From a virus: a stretch of DNA of 64,000 bases. Under the pieces are notes generated by a model. That model worked only from the letters and a program-made list of their open reading frames with translations, was not told the DNA's origin and did not search any database. How positions within the stretch are numbered: the first letter of the stretch is position 1; each line of letters starts with the position of its first letter. Location: the IMG/VR virus record IMGVR_UViG_3300002494_000025, positions 1-64,000 of that record. The stretch is one strand, 5' to 3'. Positions 56,239-64,000 of this stretch are shown piece by piece. The translations under genes were made by a program, and so were the position numbers.

Positions 56239-56553
56239 TTAATTATTCTGTACCTCAAGTTTAATTGTTACCCAACCGAACATTTTTTTGATGTTATTAT
56301 ACTCAGGATGTGGTTCAAATCGTAATACAGGTTTAACTGGTTTTATTGTGTAGATTTCATTTAATGGAATTATTTTCCACTCATTACTATCTTGTACACG
56401 AACCAACAACACTGTATTTTTATTTTTTATTAAATTTGTTCCAACTAGATATGGTTCACAGACAATATCGTTTATTTGTATACATTCTTTATTTACTATG
56501 TTATTTTCCAATTGTTTGATTAACTCCCTTTGTGTATATACACTCATACTCAC
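56239..56553 (-). CDS. Hypothetical, degenerate WYL-like protein
   Basis: CEPYLVG....N.VLL...WK.I.L.EI....P...F.P.PEYN parallels the WYL protein at 59937-60293. Confidence 0.5.
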   Translation of the reverse strand: MSMSVYTQRELIKQLENNIVNKECIQINDIVCEPYLVGTNLIKNKNTVLLVRVQDSNEWKIIPLNEIYTIKPVKPVLRFEPHPEYNNIKKMFGWVTIKLEVQNN

Positions 56554-56571
56554 ACCATCTCCTCATATAGT

Positions 56572-57741
56572 TTAATTCAATACTTTTAGTAATTCACGTG
56601 CAAGAAAACGGATAACTGGGACTGAAACTGAATTACCTGCTTGTTTGTACAGTTTACTTGTGGGATATGGTTGATTTCTATAAGTGGTGGGTAGTTTATA
56701 ACCATTATCAACAGGGAAACCTTGGATCTTAAACGCTTCTTTTGGTGTTATCATCCGGATTCCGTCTGGAACTCGTACAATAGTCATGTTAGTTGGATGT
56801 GTAGATGATGCGACTAATGCAGGACACAGTCCAGATTTATTTTTTCGTACATAGGAATTCCTTCTAATTTGGTAGAACCAATACATTTCATCAACTTCCT
56901 CTTCAAGATTGATTCTATTCTTTGGTCTTTTATCTGGTGGTAATTTCTCATACTCTTCCTTTGATACAAACAGATATGGATACTTTTCTTTTGTATAATA
57001 ATATTCAGGGTTATCTTTGATATTGATGTTAAGATCTAGTACATTCATACGTTCTTCCATTAATTGTTGAGGTGTTTTCCTGATTTTATATTTTTTAAGA
57101 TTGTTACCATCAAACAATGTAAATTTATCAACATCTTCTTTATTCAGAAATGCAAGAATATAGATTCTTGATCTGTTTTGTGGTAGTTCTGTATAATCTT
57201 TTGTGTTTATAACAGCATCTTTGACGGTATATCCCAAATCTTCAAGTGTAGTTCTAATAACTTTGTATGTATTTCCCCCATCATGTCGTTTTAAATGACT
57301 AACATTTTCCAGGAATAAAACACGTGGTTTTTTACCGAACACCTTTTCATGTTCAATTACAACATCCACGATTCTCCAGAACATTTCCCCCCTTGGGTCT
57401 TCAAATCCAAGTTTCTTACCTGCCACTGAGAAAGGTTGACATGGAAATCCAGCAGTTAGGATGTCAACATGATGAGAAAACATATCGTTCTTCAACTTCT
57501 TGTAATAACGAATTAGTTTAATGTTTTTTGCTAATTCCGGTTTAAGTATTTTTACAATATCACCATGTAGAATTCTGTGGTTGAAATTAGTTTGTAACGT
57601 TACAACTGCATAATTATCTATTTCATTTGACCAAATGATCTCGTATTTTTTATTTTCAACATCCTGGGTGGCAAGTATGAACCCCATTTCTATTCCACCC
57701 ACACCTGCAAACAGACTACCAACATAAAATAACTTCTCCAT
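56572..57741 (-). CDS. DNA (cytosine-5) methyltransferase
   Basis: FAGVGG, GFPCQPFS, ENV, PQNRSR, R.ITPKE...QGFP, YKQAGNSV motifs. Confidence 0.95.
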   Translation of the reverse strand: MEKLFYVGSLFAGVGGIEMGFILATQDVENKKYEIIWSNEIDNYAVVTLQTNFNHRILHGDIVKILKPELAKNIKLIRYYKKLKNDMFSHHVDILTAGFPCQPFSVAGKKLGFEDPRGEMFWRIVDVVIEHEKVFGKKPRVLFLENVSHLKRHDGGNTYKVIRTTLEDLGYTVKDAVINTKDYTELPQNRSRIYILAFLNKEDVDKFTLFDGNNLKKYKIRKTPQQLMEERMNVLDLNINIKDNPEYYYTKEKYPYLFVSKEEYEKLPPDKRPKNRINLEEEVDEMYWFYQIRRNSYVRKNKSGLCPALVASSTHPTNMTIVRVPDGIRMITPKEAFKIQGFPVDNGYKLPTTYRNQPYPTSKLYKQAGNSVSVPVIRFLARELLKVLN

Positions 57742-57839
57742 TATCCACTACCCCCATAACCAATCTAATAATATGTTAGATTTTGTAATTAAAAAAACGG
57801 GTGTAATGTAAAAAACAACACCCGACATAAACATTAAAA

Positions 57840-59108
57840 TTATATCCGCATCGGTATTAACACATAAAAGTATGTAAGCTCACTATCAACTGGTGATATT
57901 TTGACTGGACTGACATTATCGACAAACTTAAACATACATTTACTTGTGTCTATATGTTTTATGATTTCGCTTAACAGTTTGGGGTTAAAACTAATAATCA
58001 AGTCACTTCCCTGTTTATCCACAATATCGAGTTCATCAATAACTTCACCAAAATCGGAACTTCTTACTATAAATCTTGTAATGTTATTAGTAATTTCCAG
58101 TACAAGTTTTTCCCCACTTTTGTTTGACAAGACTGATATATGTTTCAATGTCTCTTTCAATTTCTCTGTGTCGAACACTATCATAGTACTTGTGTTAATG
58201 TTAACAACTCGTGAATAGTCTGGAAATTTATCTTCAACAGTCCTGGTGATAATTTTTATATCGCCGGTATCAAACATCACAACTGAGGTATTGTATGATG
58301 TAGACACATTTATTTCTGGTTCTGTGGTTGTAGTTACTAATTTGTATATCTCTTTCATCGTTTTAAGATCTACAAGGAATTGAATAGACTGATTAATTGA
58401 TGTTTGAATTCTATCCGATGTTAGTCCTAGTCTATAACCATCAGTACCCACCAAAGTTAACTCATTATCTTTATTGACTAACCACAATACTGAATTCAAA
58501 TTCCTTAAATTGTAATCTGTGGATGTACAAAACAGTACCTTATCAATTAGTTCTTTTAATATGGATGTTTCTACTGTAAAAACATTATCAGTTTCACTTA
58601 CAAGAGTCTCAATATCTGGGAACTTATTCTCTTCAGAGTATGTTGTAAGTGTATATTTGGATTTTCCACTCTTGATAATTAGTTTACCATCATCTGTATG
58701 ATACATAAATGTAAGAACGTCATCTTTATCAAAACTTTTAACAATATCAAACAATAGATCTGATCTTACAAGAAACTTAGTTTCGTTACCACTACCACCA
58801 CTACCACTGAACTCGTATTCACTAACATTGATACTTGTTACAATTGTAGTTTGAAGATTTGTTGATACTAACTTAACCACTGGTTCCTTATCCATAAAAC
58901 CATTTTCAACTTTGAACAATATACATTGAAGTGTTGGATCAACTGTTCTAGAATTGGTAATATCATCAAGTATTTCAATTTTGTTGATAATATGATATTG
59001 TTTTACATTAAATGACACCACATTCTTTTTCAACATACTTTCTTCATTTAACCTCCTCTCAAAATTTTGTATGTTATTAACAATATACACAAGTTGTACA
59101 TTTACCAT
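57840..59108 (-). CDS. dnaN: DNA polymerase III beta sliding clamp
   Basis: P.L..IL, STNL, KFPD, GTDGYRL, KFPDY.RV, ISFNPK.L, YVLIPMRI; start uncertain. Confidence 0.9.
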   Translation of the reverse strand: MVNVQLVYIVNNIQNFERRLNEESMLKKNVVSFNVKQYHIINKIEILDDITNSRTVDPTLQCILFKVENGFMDKEPVVKLVSTNLQTTIVTSINVSEYEFSGSGGSGNETKFLVRSDLLFDIVKSFDKDDVLTFMYHTDDGKLIIKSGKSKYTLTTYSEENKFPDIETLVSETDNVFTVETSILKELIDKVLFCTSTDYNLRNLNSVLWLVNKDNELTLVGTDGYRLGLTSDRIQTSINQSIQFLVDLKTMKEIYKLVTTTTEPEINVSTSYNTSVVMFDTGDIKIITRTVEDKFPDYSRVVNINTSTMIVFDTEKLKETLKHISVLSNKSGEKLVLEITNNITRFIVRSSDFGEVIDELDIVDKQGSDLIISFNPKLLSEIIKHIDTSKCMFKFVDNVSPVKISPVDSELTYFYVLIPMRI

Positions 59109-59119
59109 CTTTAATACTT

Positions 59120-59899
59120 TTAATACCCTCTTTTTTGTCTATCAAAATTTTCGTGATTTTTCGTCATATAATGAATTATCAAATCTTCCAAACTTCTTTT
59201 TCCATCAAAATTAATAAACAACTCTGATAATATCTCATGTAATTCATTTGTAACTTTCAAAAACTCGGAATAATCAATATTATAATCCTGTTCTTTATAT
59301 GTTTTCCAATATTTCCATGGGAATAAATTTAAAAGTTTGGACAATTTAACAAATCCTTCAAACACTAGATCATTATATGTTGTAACGTTTTTGTATGGTG
59401 TGTCGAATGTAAAATTAAATGTTGACATCATATCGTTAACAACCTTTTCCACAATAACCTTTTGGTATGTTTTATCACTTACATAATTATCAATCTGATT
59501 ATTTAATTTATCGTTAATTATATTAACTATCAGTAACAATTGTAACAAGAAGTGATAAATATCAATTACTTCATAACGACATTCAACTTTGTACTCACTT
59601 AGTCTAACAATATGTTCGGCATTTGGAAGTTCATCAATCCAATTTTTAATTTCAACAAACTCATCAAACATTGCAAGTATTGTCTTTTCAGCCAGATCTT
59701 TGAATGTTAATCTAGATTGTTCCCAAGTTGGAAGTATTTTTCTTTTTATGATATCAATCATTAGAGAGTTCTGTAAATCAACCATATAGTACAAAATTGG
59801 TTTGTTAGATTGTTTTTTAAATTCCTCAATTTGTTGTTTCATTTGTGGATAGTATTGTATATGTATCTCAAACTGTGACTGTCGGTGTTGTCCCATCAT
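59120..59899 (-). CDS. Dimeric all-alpha dUTPase
   Basis: DEFVE, EVIDIYHF, PWKYWK, KNHENFDRQKRGY. Confidence 0.85.
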   Translation of the reverse strand: MMGQHRQSQFEIHIQYYPQMKQQIEEFKKQSNKPILYYMVDLQNSLMIDIIKRKILPTWEQSRLTFKDLAEKTILAMFDEFVEIKNWIDELPNAEHIVRLSEYKVECRYEVIDIYHFLLQLLLIVNIINDKLNNQIDNYVSDKTYQKVIVEKVVNDMMSTFNFTFDTPYKNVTTYNDLVFEGFVKLSKLLNLFPWKYWKTYKEQDYNIDYSEFLKVTNELHEILSELFINFDGKRSLEDLIIHYMTKNHENFDRQKRGY

Positions 59900-59936
59900 T
59901 TATTACCCCCTTTTATCTTAATGACATTCTATTCTG

Positions 59937-60293
59937 TTATTGTCTCTTGACATTTACGATGATTCTGGTCATTGCTTTATCATCTGGATTGTACTCTGGT
60001 CGTTGTGTTGGATCAAATTTTACCAAGATACCCTCAGACTGTAATGGTTCAACGTACTCAATCAACTCAACGTTAAACAACTTCCACCCTTCGGAATTTC
60101 CTGAAGTACTATAACCACTTTGTTGAAATGCACGTAATAATGTGTTACCAAGTCGGTTTACACCCAATACATATGGTTCCACAATACGTTCCCGTGGTTC
60201 ACCACGATATTTCAGTTTTACTACAGTTCTTTTTCTAATACTTTTCACCAGTACATTAATAATCTCATTTACACTCATCACCATACTTATCAA
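59937..60293 (-). CDS. WYL-domain protein
   Basis: VKLKY...RERIVEPYVLG...LRAFQ...GWKLF.V..I. Confidence 0.8.
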   Translation of the reverse strand: MISMVMSVNEIINVLVKSIRKRTVVKLKYRGEPRERIVEPYVLGVNRLGNTLLRAFQQSGYSTSGNSEGWKLFNVELIEYVEPLQSEGILVKFDPTQRPEYNPDDKAMTRIIVNVKRQ

Positions 60294-60343
60294 CCTCCTT
60301 CTTTTAACTTGTGTCTAATAATAATATATTGGATTTTGCAATT

Positions 60344-62053
60344 TTAACTGTCTAAACTCTCAAATAGTTGTTTGTTAAAATTTTCAATTTCATAAATCAT
60401 TAATTCATCAATATTTCTAAGTTCATGTTCATCGAATCTATCAATACCGAACAACATATCAAACACCTCGATTTTGGGATTGAGTATTTTGTTTAATACG
60501 TACTTATCAAATAACGATAATAAATTTATCACAATCCCGTCATTAACTTTCTTGTGACGTAGTCTATATATTCTTCCAACTCGTTGATTCATTTTAGCAG
60601 GATTGTATAGTTGGTCGTAATTAATCAGTACATCCAAATCAAGATTTACACCGGTTGATAACACATCTGTTGCAAGGATTATATACTGTTTTAAATTTTT
60701 TAATTGAGAACGATTGATTTGTTTTTTACTTGAAAACACAAATATGTTTTTATTTTTGAATATTTCATTCTTGGTAAGTAGTTCATACAGATGGTTAATG
60801 ACAGTTTCATAAAATGAGAAAATTATAACTTTTTTGTTACTGTATGATTGAAGAATGTCAAATATTTGTTTATCTTTGGGAGACATATAATTATCCCAGT
60901 CTACAGTTTTAACATACTTAGACAGTTCTGGTAGATATTTAGACTTATGTACAGTTTGTTTAATGATGACTGGATTATTTAATATCTCACGTAAATAGAT
61001 GAACCGTACAATGTTTTTAACAAGTGGGTGTGATATATTATTTGTTTCTTGTTTGAGGATTTGTATCATCTGTTTCTGAAGATTTTCCATACCAACATCA
61101 ACAGAAAAAGTATGAATATTTTGAAGGTATAATTTATCGATAACAACAACATCTGTTTTCCTCCTTCTTATATAAACTTTTGTTTGTTGTAATATAGATT
61201 TTAATTCATCCAAATTTTGATATTCGTACTTAGTGAACTTACCATTTTGAATTGGTGTTACATACCGTTCTATAAGTTTATTGGTCCAAATATCCATACC
61301 GTAAAACATAACTTGTAACAAATTAAAGAGTTCAATAACATGATTTTCAATTGGAGTGGCAGTGGATACAATAGTGAATGTCTCCGGTAAGAACTGGTTA
61401 ATAAACTTTATTACTTGTGTAACTTGGGTGTTGGAATTTTTTATTTTTTGTGCTTCATCTAATATTAACAATGTATATGAACTGTTATTTTTAATTTTGT
61501 TGAGGAAATCTACAATTAAACTAACCTGTAATTTGTCAGTTGTTCTAAACAAATCATAGTGTGTTACAATTAGATTAAATTTATTCAATTCATTTGTTGT
61601 ATAAAGTGATTTTTTATCAGTTAACAAAACAATGTTGAGGTACTTATGTAAATTATATTTTTTAATTTCTTCAAGAACATCAAATTTAACATTTTTAAGT
61701 GTAATATAGATTGTAGTAAATGGTTTGTTTATCGACTTGAAATAATCAGTTAACAATAATGTTGAAGACAGTGTTGACAGTGTCTTACCTAACCCAGTAT
61801 CGTCTGCCAATATAACGCCATGTTTTTTGAACAATATACCATTGAATATCTCATTTAAAAACTGTAAGAATTCAACTTGATGTTGTTGTAGTGTAATTTT
61901 GTACTTTGACTGTATCTTAATCTTATCAATATCAAGTCTTATGTTGGTGAACGTACTAATATATCTATTGTCACTTGGTGATATGTTATTTAAAAACAAG
62001 TATAAGTTGGTACTATATTCTTTTATGTGTTCAAACATAAATTCACCATCCAC
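60344..62053 (-). CDS. SNF2-family helicase
   Basis: ILADDTGLGKT, LDEAQKIKN, TATPIEN, GVNL, YNPA...QRVGRIYR. Confidence 0.92.
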   Translation of the reverse strand: MDGEFMFEHIKEYSTNLYLFLNNISPSDNRYISTFTNIRLDIDKIKIQSKYKITLQQHQVEFLQFLNEIFNGILFKKHGVILADDTGLGKTLSTLSSTLLLTDYFKSINKPFTTIYITLKNVKFDVLEEIKKYNLHKYLNIVLLTDKKSLYTTNELNKFNLIVTHYDLFRTTDKLQVSLIVDFLNKIKNNSSYTLLILDEAQKIKNSNTQVTQVIKFINQFLPETFTIVSTATPIENHVIELFNLLQVMFYGMDIWTNKLIERYVTPIQNGKFTKYEYQNLDELKSILQQTKVYIRRRKTDVVVIDKLYLQNIHTFSVDVGMENLQKQMIQILKQETNNISHPLVKNIVRFIYLREILNNPVIIKQTVHKSKYLPELSKYVKTVDWDNYMSPKDKQIFDILQSYSNKKVIIFSFYETVINHLYELLTKNEIFKNKNIFVFSSKKQINRSQLKNLKQYIILATDVLSTGVNLDLDVLINYDQLYNPAKMNQRVGRIYRLRHKKVNDGIVINLLSLFDKYVLNKILNPKIEVFDMLFGIDRFDEHELRNIDELMIYEIENFNKQLFESLDS

Positions 62054-62352
62054 AGTTTTATAAATTTTATAACATGTACTCTATTAAATAATATTTCATG
62101 ATTTACAATCTGACTGTAACTGATATCTGTAATGTGTAACATAATAATTATCAGTTACTAGTATCAGTTATATATATATCTGTAACATGACGATTGTCAG
62201 TTATCAGTTGTATTAATATCAACATACATATATTCATAATATGACTATTGTCAGTTATCAGTTGTACTAACACTAATATACATGTATCTGTAATATAACA
62301 ATTATCAATTATCAGATCAGCTATATTAATATCAGTATACATACATCTGTAA

Positions 62353-62520
62353 CATAACAACTGTAATATGATATCTATAATATAACTATTGTAACATGAT
62401 ATCTGTAATATAACTACTGTAGTATGACACTTATAATATAACTACTGTAATATAATATCTGTAACATAACTACTGTAGTATGACATCTGTAATATAATTA
62501 CTGTAATGTAACTACTGTTA
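62353..62520. repeat. 28 bp imperfect tandem repeat (~5-6 copies) in a large AT-rich intergenic region
   Basis: Units start at 62353, 62381, 62409, 62437, 62465, 62493; consensus ~TATAACTACTGTAGTATGACATCTGTAA. Confidence 0.8.
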
Positions 62521-62954
62521 GTTATTAGATCAGTTATATATACAATATCTGATACTGACATATATATATGTAACATAACTATAGTCAGTTACTAAGTCAG
62601 TTATGTATATAATATATTATATTATTATCTAGGAGACAGTTAATTTTTCTTTGAATAGTAACATACTATTAACAATAGTAACATGGTGGTAAGTTAATTT
62701 ATGTATAAACACTCTCTACCAAGTATTGAATATAAAAGTTTTCTTATAATTTTCATCCTGCCAACTCTAAGTAAAAATTATATTAATTTTTATTTATAAA
62801 TATGTTCGCGCGCACACGTCGACTTGGCCGGACCGGTCGGCATCGTACAATCTATCAATGTTTACGTGTACTTAATTGTCAATCTTGTTATTGTATATAA
62901 AGTGTAAACTCGAATATATTATTAATAGGTACAAATGTATGGGGGTGATTATAA

Positions 62955-63353
62955 ATGGTTATGTATACAAAAGAAATAACATTACCTATTCCAAGTCCAA
63001 CACGTGATGACCAAGTTGAATATGTAGATGTAGATAATATAAAGTTAGAAACTATTTATAATTTCGAAACACACGAATATGTTGCAATAGTTTGTAAAAT
63101 AAGAAAAAACAATACACATGAGAAACATCGAATATTTTATTTCAAAGTACCATATGAACGTGAATACGGATTTGCAAATTTAAGAAAAATTTTTGAAAAC
63201 ACTCAACTGGATTATGATTACAGTACGTATATTTCCAATCAACACAACAACATTGATTTAATGAACACAATCATAAATTTGTTCGAAACAATACAGAATG
63301 AAATCCAACAATCACAATCATCATTTCAAAATAATAAAACCGATGTAATGTAA
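62955..63353 (+). CDS. Hypothetical protein
   Basis: RBS GGGGGTGA; preceded by the shared upstream motif; ends TAA. Confidence 0.65.
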   Translation: MVMYTKEITLPIPSPTRDDQVEYVDVDNIKLETIYNFETHEYVAIVCKIRKNNTHEKHRIFYFKVPYEREYGFANLRKIFENTQLDYDYSTYISNQHNNIDLMNTIINLFETIQNEIQQSQSSFQNNKTDVM

Positions 63354-63382
63354 ATGTAAAACTTGGGAGGTGGGTGTAAATT

Positions 63383-63910
63383 ATGAGAAATGAAAGTAAT
63401 TTTAATGTTGACAACATGGAGTTCCCAAAAGTTTTAGAACACATCGAATGGCGTTTGGGTTCGATGGTTAGAATCAGACCATCAAAAGAAAAGGTTTTGT
63501 TCAGTTTTATGTTGAGAGACAAGAACAACAAAGATTACGATACGAATAGTAGAGTATTGTTTTCTACAAACATGTCTGAAACATATCAGATTATCAAGTA
63601 TCTCGATACACTCCTAAATACAGATACAGTTACACCATACACCCTAATCCATGTTCCAGATGGTCCAGATGGTACTAAAAATAATTAGGGAATAAAAAAG
63701 ATATTTACAATCATACCTAAACGTGATGAGAAGATGAAGTTACAAACGGTGTATATTTCTTTAATTGTAAACAACAATGGACATGAGATAAAATATATTA
63801 TCAGTTTTACTGATACAGGTGTGTTACGATATTTTGGATTTAAATTAAAATTAATGTACTATTGGTTAACAACAAACACACTAGTTGGATTCACCGAAAA
63901 CTGGATATGA
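63383..63910 (+). CDS. Hypothetical protein, one in-frame TAG (63686)
   Basis: Frame continues 73 codons past the TAG to TGA at 63908, just before the terminator hairpin AAACCCACC..GGTGGGTTT. Confidence 0.65.
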
Positions 63911-64000
63911 TATGAAAGAATGAAACCCACCAAATTTGGTGGGTTTGTTTTTATTTATTAGTTCGTATTTTTATTCATTTTCTGATTTTGTTCTTTGTTC

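Noticed and set aside
62353-62520. CRISPR array
   Set aside because: The repeats are contiguous tandem units with no unique spacers and no cas genes.
25074-63910. TAG=Gln (code 15), pyrrolysine or Leu/Tyr/Glu reassignment
   Set aside because: TAG occupies small-residue positions that are Ala in many unrelated families (GKTLLAL, PLAY.RG, EAM, GAFP, TAKL); Gln is abundantly encoded by CAA; no pyl genes are visible.
25074-63910. TAGs as systematic base-calling errors
   Set aside because: GCN to TAG needs 2-3 substitutions, and the TAGs are in-frame, at Ala positions and restricted to certain genes; errors would not respect frame or gene class. Raw reads should still be checked.
1-64000. Suppressor tRNA or other tRNA/rRNA gene
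   Set aside because: I could not recognise any cloverleaf or T-loop pattern by eye; it may lie outside the window.

Overview
The window joins two very different phage-like segments. Left (1 to ~24.4 kb, roughly 40-45% GC by eye, standard code, Ala-rich) is a siphovirus-type genome. It carries an AAA helicase, a YqaJ nuclease, a repeat-rich non-coding region, then terminase, portal, scaffold, major capsid, tail and tape-measure genes. Right (~24.5-64 kb, strongly AT-rich) is a large T4-like/myovirus-type genome. It carries PolB, SbcCD/gp46-47, a DnaN that resembles Thermotoga's (from memory), dUTPase, SNF2, a C5-methyltransferase, PhoH, six tail-tube-like paralogs, two radical SAM enzymes and a glycosyltransferase. 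The main discovery is that the right segment appears to read TAG as ALANINE. About 20 long genes are interrupted only by TAG and end at TAA/TGA, and the TAGs sit on conserved Ala positions (PhoH GKTLL*L and PI*YIRG..NN*IVIVDE, CNL*CKYC, FYG*FPT, DG*ITT*KL, D*MVNG, an ATG-TAG gene start). Recoding is concentrated in structural/late-type genes. Replication genes are TAG-free, share an upstream TGTAAA-N6/7-xATATTATTA motif, and have lost nearly all alanine (DnaN 0/422 aa). The GpC dinucleotide that begins every normal Ala codon is strongly depleted, which suggests TAG=Ala supplies alanine without GpC. The two segments meet in frame inside a tail gene with repeated receptor-binding-like modules, so this is either an assembly chimera or a real module swap. 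I found no suppressor tRNA in the window. All homology calls come from remembered motifs, not database searches.
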